This document shows positions 1-9,731 of a stretch of DNA of 34,293 nucleotides, piece after piece. The stretch comes from Acidimicrobiales bacterium (lineage in GTDB: Bacteria; Actinomycetota; Acidimicrobiia; Acidimicrobiales; VFJN01), in NCBI GenBank assembly GCA_035249805.1, contig DATFFY010000179.1:1-34293 (forward strand), written 5' to 3'. The translations under genes were made by a program, and so were the position numbers. Numbering within the stretch: position 1 is the stretch's first letter; each line of letters opens with the position of its first letter. A model generated the notes under the pieces. It was not told the DNA's origin, made no database searches, and was given only the letters and a program-made list of their open reading frames with translations.

Positions 1-93
1 AGGCGCCGCGAGCGCCACGGGCCGACGGGCTGGCCGGCACGGCGGCCGGTCCGGCGGATCCACTCCTCGCCCTGCTTCCAGTAGGCCGGCATG
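1..93 (-). CDS. hypothetical protein, N-terminal fragment running off the left edge
   Basis: ATG at 93-91 reads MPAYWKQGEEWIRRTGRRAGQPVGPWRSRR. Third positions in this frame are G/C in all but one codon, unlike the alternative frame. It is too short in the window to appear in the ORF track. No family recognised. Confidence 0.3.
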
Positions 94-124
94 CGACCAT
101 CGTCGCGCCGCTTGGCGACGCTGG

Positions 125-580
125 CTAGGCGCGTCCGGTGACGTCGACGACCCAGGACAGGTCGGCGGTGTCGAGGCGCTCGTGCCACGACGCGGGCGCG
201 GCGCCCATGAGCGTCTGGAGGTCCCAGTAGTCCTTCCAGAGGACGATCGTGTCGCCCTCGATCCGCTGCACCGACACGAACGGCAGGGCCACGGTCTCGC
301 CGCTCGCCCAGGTCCACTCCTCCGTGTGCTCGGTGACGACGACCCCGTCCGGGCCCTCGGCCACCACGCCGGGCCGGTGCTCGTAGCCGGCCAGGCCCTC
401 GAGCCCGAGCCGGAGCCGGGCCTCGATGCTGTCGGGGCCCACCCCGGCCGACGACGGGCCGGTCGGCACGTCGTAGTAGATCGACTCCGGCCCGAAGAAC
501 GAGCGGATGCGCGGCCAGTCGCGGTCGTAGAGGGCCGTCCAGAACTCGGCGGCCACCTCCTTCGGGCTACCCGCGGTCAT
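125..580 (-). CDS. SnoaL-like / limonene-1,2-epoxide hydrolase-like NTF2-fold protein
   Basis: 151-aa ORF. The N-terminus (EVAAEFWTALYDRDWPRIRSFF ... IVLWKDYWD) is typical of small NTF2/SnoaL-fold proteins. Its ATG (580-578) overlaps the TGA (579-577) of the upstream amidohydrolase in an ATGA coupling. Confidence 0.7.
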   Translation of the reverse strand: MTAGSPKEVAAEFWTALYDRDWPRIRSFFGPESIYYDVPTGPSSAGVGPDSIEARLRLGLEGLAGYEHRPGVVAEGPDGVVVTEHTEEWTWASGETVALPFVSVQRIEGDTIVLWKDYWDLQTLMGAAPASWHERLDTADLSWVVDVTGRA

Positions 581-2307
581 CGAGCGCCGCGCAGCAGGGA
601 CCCGGGCCGGACGCCGGTGTCCTCGCCGTGCTCGAAGGTGACCTGGCCCTTCTTGACCGTGCAGGCGTAGCCATCGGCCCGCTGCACGAGGCGGGTGGCG
701 CCGCCGGGCAGGTCGCCCACGAGCTCGGGGCGGCGCAGCTCGAGGGCGGCGTGGTCGATCACGTTCGCGTCACCCACGTAGCCGGGGGCGAGCACGCCGC
801 GGTCGCCGAGGCCGTAGAGGGTGGCGGTGGCCTGGGTCATCTTGTGCACGGCCTCCTCGACCGAGAAGCGGCCGCGGTTCCGGTCCCGGGCCCAGTACGA
901 GAGGAGGAACGTCGTGCTCGACGCGTCGCAGGTCTGCCCCGCGTGCGCGCCGCCGTCGCCGAGGCCGAACGCGGACGTCGGGTGGCGCAGCATCGCCTCG
1001 ACCGCGTCGAGGTTCCCGTCGCTGTAGTTGAGGACCGGCGCGTTCAGGAGCTCGCGACCGCCGTCGACGAGCATCAGGTCGATGAGCACCTCCCACTCGT
1101 CCACGCCCTTGGCCGCCGCGATGCCGACCGCGCTGCGCTCGGCGCCGGGCTCGTAGTCCGGCGGGTCGCCGAGGACGTAGATCCGGCCGGGGTGCATGAA
1201 GGTCCGGATGATGTCGTTGTCCCGCAGGAGCGCGGCGTCCGCGACGAGGCGCTCGCGCAGCTCGGGCTCGCGCTCGATGCGGGCCACCTGCTCCTGCCAG
1301 GGCAGCAGGCCCAGGCCGGACTCGCCCCACACCGAGGTGAACTGCAGCGGGTGGAACGTCTGGAACCCGAGCAGGAGCGACACCGTGCGGGCGTGGGTCT
1401 GGGGCCGCACGGGCGCGCCGTCGATGCGGGCCTGCTCGGCCTGCTCGAGGAGCAGCTTCCACGCGTCCGGCGCGTTGTTGTTCTGCGACATCGCGAACGT
1501 CACGGGGCGCCGGATGGCCGCGGCGAGGCGCCGCATCCAGTCCATCTCCCGCTCGGGCGCGGCGAGGTCCTCGCCGGCGATCCCGGCCGGCGCGAGCTCG
1601 AACACGCCGGTGCCCAGCTCGCCCAGCACGCGCCCGATGCCGAACAGCTCGTCCTCGGCGGCGAAGGTGCCCGGCACCGGCTCGCCGTCGATGGCCCGGT
1701 GGGCCAGCGTCCGCGAGGTGGAGAAGCCGAGGGCTCCGGCCTCGATGCCGGCCCGCACGATCTCGGCCATGGCCTCGATGTCCTCGGCGGTCGCAGCCTC
1801 GTTGCGGGCGCCGCGCTCGCCCATGACGTAGGCCCGCACCGCGCCATGGGGCACCTGGGTGCCGATGTCCATCACGTGGCGCCGGGCGTCCAGCGCGTCG
1901 AGGAACTCGGGGAAGCTCTCCCAGCCCCATTCGATGCCCGCGGACAGCGCGGCACCCGGGATGTCCTCCACGCCCTCCATCAGCCCGATCAGCCAATCGT
2001 GGCGGTCGGGGGCGACGGGCGCGAAGCCCACGCCGCAGTTGCCCATGACCACCGTGGTCACCCCGTGCCAGCACGAGGGCGTGAGCTGCTCGTCCCAGGT
2101 GGCCTGGCCGTCGTAGTGCGTGTGGATGTCGACGAACCCGGGCGTGACGAGCGCGCCGTCGGCGTCGATCTCCCGAGCGCCGCGGCCGTCCACGCGACCG
2201 ACCTCGGTGACGACGCCGTCGGTGATCGCGACGTCGGCCGTGCGGCCGGGCGCCCCCGTCCCGTCGACGACCGTCCCCCCTCGGATGACCAGATCGTGCC
2301 CTGGCAT
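577..2307 (-). CDS. N-acyl-D-amino-acid deacylase (D-aminoacylase) family amidohydrolase
   Basis: This is the C-terminal 576 codons of the 1490-aa track ORF; the upstream part is an antisense shadow of plus-strand genes. It starts MPGHDLVIRGGTVVDGTG ... GFVDIHTHYDGQ, the metal-binding HxH motif and layout of the D-aminoacylase family. The ATG is at 2307-2305. Confidence 0.85.
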   Translation of the reverse strand: MPGHDLVIRGGTVVDGTGAPGRTADVAITDGVVTEVGRVDGRGAREIDADGALVTPGFVDIHTHYDGQATWDEQLTPSCWHGVTTVVMGNCGVGFAPVAPDRHDWLIGLMEGVEDIPGAALSAGIEWGWESFPEFLDALDARRHVMDIGTQVPHGAVRAYVMGERGARNEAATAEDIEAMAEIVRAGIEAGALGFSTSRTLAHRAIDGEPVPGTFAAEDELFGIGRVLGELGTGVFELAPAGIAGEDLAAPEREMDWMRRLAAAIRRPVTFAMSQNNNAPDAWKLLLEQAEQARIDGAPVRPQTHARTVSLLLGFQTFHPLQFTSVWGESGLGLLPWQEQVARIEREPELRERLVADAALLRDNDIIRTFMHPGRIYVLGDPPDYEPGAERSAVGIAAAKGVDEWEVLIDLMLVDGGRELLNAPVLNYSDGNLDAVEAMLRHPTSAFGLGDGGAHAGQTCDASSTTFLLSYWARDRNRGRFSVEEAVHKMTQATATLYGLGDRGVLAPGYVGDANVIDHAALELRRPELVGDLPGGATRLVQRADGYACTVKKGQVTFEHGEDTGVRPGSLLRGAR

Positions 2308-2338
2308 GGCTCCCCCTCGTCGCGCCGCTCGAGCCCAC

Positions 2339-2356
2339 GCTAGAACCTGTTCTAGC
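2339..2356. promoter_or_regulatory. KstR-type operator candidate (GCTAGAAC-CT-GTTCTAGC)
   Basis: Perfect 8-bp inverted repeat with a 2-nt spacer in the 57-nt divergent intergenic region. The core TAGAACCTGTTCTA fits the mycobacterial KstR consensus TnnAACnnGTTnnA as I remember it. Confidence 0.55.
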
Positions 2357-2364
2357 CTGGTGCC

Positions 2365-3552
2365 ATGGCTGCGATCGAGGCTCCGATCTGGGACGCGGAC
2401 AACCACTACTACGAGGCGCTGGATGCCTTCACCCGGCACCTGCCGGCCGGCCTCGGGCCTCGCTGCGTGCAGTGGGCCACGATCGAGGGCAAGCAGTACC
2501 ACGTGGTCGGCGGGAAGGTCAGCCGGGCCGTCGCGAACGCCACGTTCGACCCGATCTCGAAGCCGGGCTGCCTGAGCGAGTACTTCCGCGGCAACCCGAA
2601 CAACGTCGACGTCCTCGCGCTGCTGAAGGACAGCGAGCCGATCCGGCCCGAGTACCTCGACCCGGTCGCCCGCACGAAGGTGCTCGACGAGCAAGGGCTC
2701 GCCGGGTGCTTCATGTACCCCACGCTCGGGATGCTCTACGAGGAGCTCCTGAAGGACGATCCCGAGGCCGTCGGCATCACCTTCCGGGCGTTCAACCGCT
2801 GGTTGCTCGAGGACTGGGGCCTCGACCACGAGGGCCGGATCCTCAACGCGCCGTACCTCGCGCTGGCCGACGTCGACTGGGCCGTCGAGGAGCTCGAGTG
2901 GGCGCTTGCCCACGGCGCCCGCATCGTCGTGATGCGCACCGCGGCCCCGACCACCGCGATGGGTCGCCGCAGCCCGTTCGACCCGATGTTCGACCCGTTC
3001 TGGGCACGCATCGACGAGGCCGGCATCACCGTCGTGGCCCATGCCGGCGACAGCGGCGTGTCGTCGAACGGGTACGCCGTGGACGGGTTCGCCGCGAACT
3101 TCCGCGGCGGCGAGGGCCTTCGGCCGACCGTCAAGAGCTTCGCGATCGAGCAGGCCGTGCACGACTACCTGCTGTCGATGACGCTGGCCGGCCACTTCGC
3201 GAAGTTCCCGAACCTGCGCATCGCGTCGGTGGAGAACGGCGCCGAGTTCCTCCCGGACCTGTTCCGCAAGCTGCGGTCGCAGGCCAAGAAGATGCCCGGG
3301 TACTTCACCGAGGACCCCGTCGACATCTTCCGCCGCCACGTCTGGGTCAACCCGTTCTGGGAGGACGACCTCCTCACCGTGGTCGAGCAGATGGGTGCGG
3401 ACCGGGTCATCTTCGGCTCGGACTGGCCCCACATCGAGGCCCTGCCCCACCCGCTCGACTACCTCCCCGAGACCAAGCCCCTCTCGGACGAGGACCGCAG
3501 GAAGGTCCTGCACGACAACGCGATCGAGCTGGCGACGCTGCGACCCCGCTGA
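2365..3552 (+). CDS. amidohydrolase family 2 (ACMSD/LigW-like metal-dependent hydrolase)
   Basis: 395-aa ORF. It reads IWDADNHYYE near the N-terminus and RVIFGSDWPHIE near the C-terminus, which is typical of the PF04909-type fold. High GC3. Confidence 0.85.
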   Translation: MAAIEAPIWDADNHYYEALDAFTRHLPAGLGPRCVQWATIEGKQYHVVGGKVSRAVANATFDPISKPGCLSEYFRGNPNNVDVLALLKDSEPIRPEYLDPVARTKVLDEQGLAGCFMYPTLGMLYEELLKDDPEAVGITFRAFNRWLLEDWGLDHEGRILNAPYLALADVDWAVEELEWALAHGARIVVMRTAAPTTAMGRRSPFDPMFDPFWARIDEAGITVVAHAGDSGVSSNGYAVDGFAANFRGGEGLRPTVKSFAIEQAVHDYLLSMTLAGHFAKFPNLRIASVENGAEFLPDLFRKLRSQAKKMPGYFTEDPVDIFRRHVWVNPFWEDDLLTVVEQMGADRVIFGSDWPHIEALPHPLDYLPETKPLSDEDRRKVLHDNAIELATLRPR

Positions 3553-3555
3553 CCG

Positions 3556-4962
3556 ATGGGACGGTGGGACCGGGAAGCGGAGCCGGGGCTGCCGATCAAG
3601 CTCGCGCCCTGCTCCAACGGTGAGTTCGCCCCCCGGCCGGCCCCACCTCGCCTGCGGGCCGCCGTGCGGATGGCCCACGACGCCTGCGACCAGGCGGCGC
3701 GCCGGTTGGGCATGTCGAGGCGCGACTTCCTCCGCACCTCGATGGCGTCCGCGGCCACGCTCCTCGCGCTCGGGGCGTGCGCGGACGACGGCGACGGCGG
3801 CCCGTCGTCCGGCGAGTTCTCCGTCCCTCCGGACGCGACGCTCGACCGCGACACCGCGACGAGCGTCCTGGGCGGCGATGGGCCGATCGTCGACGTGCAG
3901 CAGCACCTGCTCGAGGGCGGCGGGTTCGGCAGCGGCTTCCCCCAGGCCGACTGCGGGGACGGGCAGGCCTGCTTCGACACCGAGCACTGGCTCGACCTCG
4001 TCTTCGGCCGCTCCGACACGACCGTCGCCGTGCTGTCCGCGATCCCGGTCCTCACCGACCCCGATCCGCTGTCGGCGGAGGTCATGGACGCGGCCCGCCG
4101 GGCCGCCGACGAGCTGTGCGGGGATGGTCGCGTGCTGGTGCAGGGGCACGCCCAACCGAACGTCGGCCCGCTCCAGGGCGCGCTCGACGCGATGCGGGAG
4201 GAAGCGGGCCGCTACCCGATCGCGGCGTGGAAGGCGTACACGCACGCGGGCCGGCCGTGGGCGCTCGACGACGACACCGGTGAGGCGTTCCTCGGCCTGG
4301 TGGAGGAGATCGGGCCGCCGATCGTGTGCGTGCACAAGGGGCTCGGGGCCGATCCCGCGGACGTGGGCCCCGCGGCGGCGGCGCACCCGCAGCTCGCGTT
4401 CGTCGCCTACCACTCCGGGCACGAGCGCGACGTGCGCGAGGGGCCGTACGCAGCGGGACAGCCGAACGGCGGCGTCGACCGCCTGCTCGAGTCGGTGCGT
4501 CGGGCGGGTGTCGGCGTCGGGCAGAACGTCTACGCCGAGCTCGGCACCACGTGGCGGAACCTCATGGGTGACCCCGACCAGGCCGCCCACCTGCTCGGCA
4601 AGCTCATCGCCGCCCTCGGGCCCGGCAACGTCCTGTGGGGCACGGACTCGATCTGGTACGGATCCCCCCAGGACCAGATCGAGGCGTTCCGTGCCTTCGA
4701 GATCACCGCCGAGGCACAGGAGCGGTTCGGCTACGCGCCGCTCGCGCCCGACGTGAAGCAGGGGATCCTCGCCGGCAACGCCGCCCGCCTGTACGGCATC
4801 GACCCCGCCGGCGTGCCGTGCGCGACGAGCCCGGCCGACCGCGAGGCGCTCCGCCGCGATCCGCCCTCGACCGACCGCCTGCTCGGTCCCCGCACGGCGG
4901 CCGCCGCCCGGCGGACCTTCGCCGCCGACCACCCGTGGTTCGCGACCGTGCCTCCACACTGA
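3556..4962 (+). CDS. Tat-exported lipoprotein, amidohydrolase-like
   Basis: 468-aa ORF starting 3 nt after the upstream stop. It has an internal twin-arginine motif plus lipobox (MSRRDFLRTSMASAATLLALGAC) from codon 53 (ATG 3712). The C-terminal NVLWGTDSIWYGSP resembles amidohydrolases. The 52 codons before the RR motif have coding-like GC3, so the start is ambiguous between 3556 and 3712. Confidence 0.72.
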   Translation: MGRWDREAEPGLPIKLAPCSNGEFAPRPAPPRLRAAVRMAHDACDQAARRLGMSRRDFLRTSMASAATLLALGACADDGDGGPSSGEFSVPPDATLDRDTATSVLGGDGPIVDVQQHLLEGGGFGSGFPQADCGDGQACFDTEHWLDLVFGRSDTTVAVLSAIPVLTDPDPLSAEVMDAARRAADELCGDGRVLVQGHAQPNVGPLQGALDAMREEAGRYPIAAWKAYTHAGRPWALDDDTGEAFLGLVEEIGPPIVCVHKGLGADPADVGPAAAAHPQLAFVAYHSGHERDVREGPYAAGQPNGGVDRLLESVRRAGVGVGQNVYAELGTTWRNLMGDPDQAAHLLGKLIAALGPGNVLWGTDSIWYGSPQDQIEAFRAFEITAEAQERFGYAPLAPDVKQGILAGNAARLYGIDPAGVPCATSPADREALRRDPPSTDRLLGPRTAAAARRTFAADHPWFATVPPH

Positions 4963-5008
4963 GGGGGCGCAGGTTCGGCTCCTGCCCGCCGGGGAAAAAG
5001 CACGGCCG

Positions 5009-6455
5009 GTGAACGATTGGTCCGCGGCGCCCGGGTACTGGCTCAGCACGGTCGTCTTCCAGCGCGCGCTCGCTGCGGTCTACCTGGTCGCGTTCGTCGC
5101 CGCGGCCCGGCAGTTCCGCCCGCTCCTCGGCGCGCACGGCATGCAGCCGATCCCCGCATTCGTCCGCGCCGTCCCGTTCGCGCGAGCGCCGAGCCTCTTC
5201 CACCTCCGCTACTCGGACCGGCTCTTCGCCGCGGTGGCGTGGACCGGCGTCGCGGTGTCGGGCGCTCTCGTGCTCGGCGCGAGCGAGGTCCTCCCGGCCT
5301 GGGGCTGCCTCCTCGTCTGGGTGGTGCCGTGGGCGCTCTACCTGTCGATCGTCAACGTCGGCCAGACGTGGTACGGCTTCGGTTGGGAGACCCTGCTGCT
5401 CGAAGCCGGCTTCCTCGCGATCTTCCTGGGGCCCGCGGAGGACGGTCCCCCCACGCTCGTGCTCCTGCTGATGCGCTGGCTGCTCTTCCGGGTGGAGTTC
5501 GGCGCCGGGCTCATCAAGCTGCGGGGCGATCCGTGCTGGCGGGACCTCACGTGCCTCCGGTACCACCACGAGACCCAGCCGATGCCGGGGCCGTTCAGCT
5601 GGTGGTTCCACCACCTGCCGATGCCGTTGCACCGCGCCGAGGTGCTCGCCAACCACGTCACGCAGCTCGTGGTGCCCTTCGCGCTGTTCCTCCCGCAGCC
5701 GGTGGCCGGGATCGCCGCGGGGGTCATGATCGTGACCCAGCTGTGGCTGATGGCCAGCGGCAACTTCTCGTGGCTCAACGCGATCACGATCGTGCTGGCG
5801 CTGCCGGTCCTCGGCGACGGTGTGTGGCGAGCCGTGCTCCCGTTCGAGCCCGGCGCGTTGGCGTCACCCGCCCCGTGGCACGAGGTGCTCGTCGTGGCGC
5901 TCGCCGCCGCCCTCGTCATCCTGAGCGTGCGGCCGGTGCGCAACCTGCTGTCACCCCAACAGCGCATGAACACCACCTACGACCCGCTCCGCCTGGTCAA
6001 CAGCTACGGCGCCTTCGGCTCCATCACGCGGGTCCGCCACGAGATCGTCCTGGAGGGGACCGACGACCCGAGTCCCGGCCCCGCCACCGTGTGGCGGGCC
6101 TACGAGTGCAAGGGCAAGCCCGGCGACGTGCACCGCCGGCCGCCGCAGGTCGCCCCGTACCACCTGCGTCTCGACTGGCTCCTGTGGTTCGCGGCGCTGT
6201 CGCCGGCCTACGCGGAGGGGTGGTTCGGCAAGCTCGTCGAGCGACTCCTGGCCAACGACCCGGACACGCTGCGGCTGCTGCGCACCAACCCCTTCCCTTC
6301 GACGCCCCCCACGTACGTCCGCGCCCTGCTGTACGAGTACCGCTTCACCACCCGCGACGAACGGCGGGCAACCGGCGCATGGTGGCACCGCGAGCTCGTC
6401 GGCACCTACCTGCCGCCGGTCCGCGTCCGAAGCGACGGCTCGTCGTTGGCCTCGT

Positions 6456-6472
<17 letters not shown>
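5009..6472 (+). CDS. lipase maturation factor (LMF1/LMF2) family membrane protein
   Basis: 487-aa polytopic ORF with a GTG start. It contains WYGFGWETLLLEAGFLAIF, FRVEFGAGLIKLRGDPCWRDLTCLRYHHETQPMP and SYGAFGSITRVRHEIVLEG, which match the conserved LMF-family blocks as I remember them. Confidence 0.78.
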
Positions 6473-7604
<1,132 letters not shown>

Positions 7605-7616
7605 GAGGACAGTCTC

Positions 7617-8573
7617 CTAGGCCCCGAGCGCTTCTGCGACTCGGTCGGTGTGGTGGGCGCTGTCGCCCCAGGCCCGGGCCAGCGCCCAGGTCCGCTTGAG
7701 GAACAGGTGGAGGTCGGCCTCGACGGTGTAGCCGATGGCGCCGTGGCACTGCAGGGCCTTGCGGCCGACCAGCTCGGCCGCGTCCGACGCCATGGCCTTC
7801 GCCATCGAGACGTCACGGGCGCGGGTGGGCGCGGCCTGCGCCACCGACCACGCCGCCCGCCACACGGCCGGCCGGGCGAACTCGAGGGCCAGCGCGGCGT
7901 CGGTCAGGTGGTGCTTCACGGCCTGGAACGCGCCCACCGGCTGCCCGAACTGCTGGCGCTCCTGCACGTAGCCGACGGTCAGGTCGAGCATCGCCTGCCC
8001 CAGACCGACGAGGACGGCGGCCGTGCCGAGCGCCCCGCGGTCGAGGGCCAGCTCGATGTCGGCGTCACCGGCACCGACCACCCGTCCCGTGCTGGCGGAC
8101 GTGATGGTGGCGGCGCGGCGGGCGCGGTCGACCGTCTCGGCCGGCTCGAGGTCCACGGCGTCGCGAGCGAGGAGGAGGAGCCGCCCGTCGCGGGCCACGA
8201 GGACGCCGTCGGCGTCGGCCCCGCACGGCACCAGGGGGCCGCCGAGCTCGCTCGCCACGAGGCCCGCGCCCACACCGACCAGCGGCGCCGCGACCATCGC
8301 GGTCTCCACGAGCGGGTGGGGGAGGGCGACCCGGCCGGCCGCTTCGAGGATCGGCACGAGCCAGGTCTCGTCGAGCCCGAGGCCGCCGTCCTCCTCCCGG
8401 ACGAGCACGCCGAGCACGCCCATCGCGTCGAGGCTGTCCCACACGCCGCGGTCGAGCTCGCCCGGCGGGGCGTCCCACGCCGCCCGCACGACGGCCGGGG
8501 AGCACTCCTTCGCGAGCAGGTCCCGCACGGCGTCGCGGAACGCCACCTGATCGTCGGTCAGCGCGAACCTCAT
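7617..8573 (-). CDS. acyl-CoA dehydrogenase family protein, short beta-type subunit (FadE32/33-like)
   Basis: 318 codons starting MRFALTDDQVAFRDAVRDLL; the rest of the 653-aa track ORF is a shadow. The ATG (8573-8571) overlaps the stop of the upstream ACAD in an ATGA coupling. The size and pairing resemble the alpha2beta2 steroid ACADs. Confidence 0.8.
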   Translation of the reverse strand: MRFALTDDQVAFRDAVRDLLAKECSPAVVRAAWDAPPGELDRGVWDSLDAMGVLGVLVREEDGGLGLDETWLVPILEAAGRVALPHPLVETAMVAAPLVGVGAGLVASELGGPLVPCGADADGVLVARDGRLLLLARDAVDLEPAETVDRARRAATITSASTGRVVGAGDADIELALDRGALGTAAVLVGLGQAMLDLTVGYVQERQQFGQPVGAFQAVKHHLTDAALALEFARPAVWRAAWSVAQAAPTRARDVSMAKAMASDAAELVGRKALQCHGAIGYTVEADLHLFLKRTWALARAWGDSAHHTDRVAEALGA

Positions 8574-9724
8574 CGGGGGAGCCCCAGGAGGCGCTCGGCC
8601 GCGATGTTGCGCTGGATCTCGTTCGTCCCCGCGTAGATCGGGCCCGAGAGCGAGAACTGCCAGCCCTTGCTCCACGGACCCTCGAGCTCGGCCTCGGGGC
8701 CGAGGAGGTCGAGGGCGAGACCGTGCAGCTCGATGTCGAGCTCGGACCACCACAGCTTCGTGAGGCTCGCCTCCGCGCCGGGCTTCGCGCCGGCCGCGAG
8801 CTTCGTGACAGTGGCGAGGGTCTGCTGCTGGTACGCGTCCGCGTGCATCCACGCGCGGGCGGCCCGCCGCCGCAGCTCGGCGTCGTTGCTGCGGTCCGCG
8901 AGGTGCAGGAGCCGCTCGGCGGTCGCGAGGAAGCGGCCGGGGGACCGCAGCGTGAGGCCCCGCTCCGAGCCGGCGGTGGCCATGGCGACGGCCCAGCCGC
9001 CCTCGGGCTGGCCGAGGACGACGCCGCCCGGCACCGCGTCGTCGGCCAGGAACGCCTCGTCGAAGAACACCTCCGCGAACCCCTCGTCGCCGTCGAGCCG
9101 GCCGAAGCCCCGCACCGTGATGCCGGGGCCGTCGAGGGGCACGAGCAGGTAGGTCAGGCCCTTGTGGCGGGCGCTGTCGGGGTCCGTGCGGAACAGGCCG
9201 AACAGGTGCGTGCAGAACGCGCCCCGGGTGGTCCAGGTCTTCTGGCCGTCGAGCACCCAGCCGCCGTCGACCCGCTGGGCCCGGCTCGTCACGGAGGCGA
9301 GGTCGCTGCCCGCGTTCGGCTCGGACCAGCCCTGGCACCAGAGGTCCTCGGCGGCGGCCATGCGGGGGAGGATCCCGTCGCGCTGCTCGGGCGTGCCGAA
9401 CTCGTAGATGCTCGGCGCGAGGAGGAAGACGCCGTTCTGGGTGATCCGGGGCGGGGCACCGGCGCGGTAGTACTCCTCCTCGAAGAGGAGCCACTCCCAG
9501 AGGGACGCACCACGGCCGCCGTGCTCCGGCGCCCACGACACCACCGCCCACCGGTCCGCGAAGAGCCGCCGCTCCCACTCCAGGTGCTGCGCGAAGCCCT
9601 CCCTGGTGTCGCCCGATTGCGGCTCGCCGCCCACCGACGACCGCCAGCCCGGGAGGTTCGCCGCCAGCCAGGCCCGCGCCTCCTGCCGGAAGCTGTCCTC
9701 CTCGTCCGACCAGGTCAGGTCCAC
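8570..9724 (-). CDS. acyl-CoA dehydrogenase, alpha-type subunit (FadE31-like)
   Basis: 384 aa with a GTG start. MDLTWSDEEDSFRQEARAWL ... GWSEPNAGSDLAS ... IYAGTNEIQRNIIAERLLGLP are canonical ACAD blocks. GAGG Shine-Dalgarno upstream. Confidence 0.88.
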   Translation of the reverse strand: MDLTWSDEEDSFRQEARAWLAANLPGWRSSVGGEPQSGDTREGFAQHLEWERRLFADRWAVVSWAPEHGGRGASLWEWLLFEEEYYRAGAPPRITQNGVFLLAPSIYEFGTPEQRDGILPRMAAAEDLWCQGWSEPNAGSDLASVTSRAQRVDGGWVLDGQKTWTTRGAFCTHLFGLFRTDPDSARHKGLTYLLVPLDGPGITVRGFGRLDGDEGFAEVFFDEAFLADDAVPGGVVLGQPEGGWAVAMATAGSERGLTLRSPGRFLATAERLLHLADRSNDAELRRRAARAWMHADAYQQQTLATVTKLAAGAKPGAEASLTKLWWSELDIELHGLALDLLGPEAELEGPWSKGWQFSLSGPIYAGTNEIQRNIAAERLLGLPR

Positions 9725-9731
9725 GGTGGCC

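Noticed and set aside
628-2343. 571-aa plus-strand and 522-aa minus-strand ORFs overlapping the D-aminoacylase gene
   Set aside because: These are alternative frames or the antisense of a gene with clear family motifs. Their composition is dominated by R/G/A/P, with no motifs.
2308-5049. Upstream 900+ codons of the 1490-aa minus-strand track ORF (577..5049)
   Set aside because: The sequence is Arg/Gly/Pro/Ala-rich low-complexity text antisense to three well-supported plus-strand genes. Recognisable amidohydrolase sequence begins only at MPGHDLVIRGG (2307). It is a typical high-GC shadow ORF.
8547-8561. CTGAT-N5-GTCAG near the start of the short ACAD gene
   Set aside because: It has one mismatch and lies inside coding sequence (codons LTDDQV). 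It was not counted as a motif copy.
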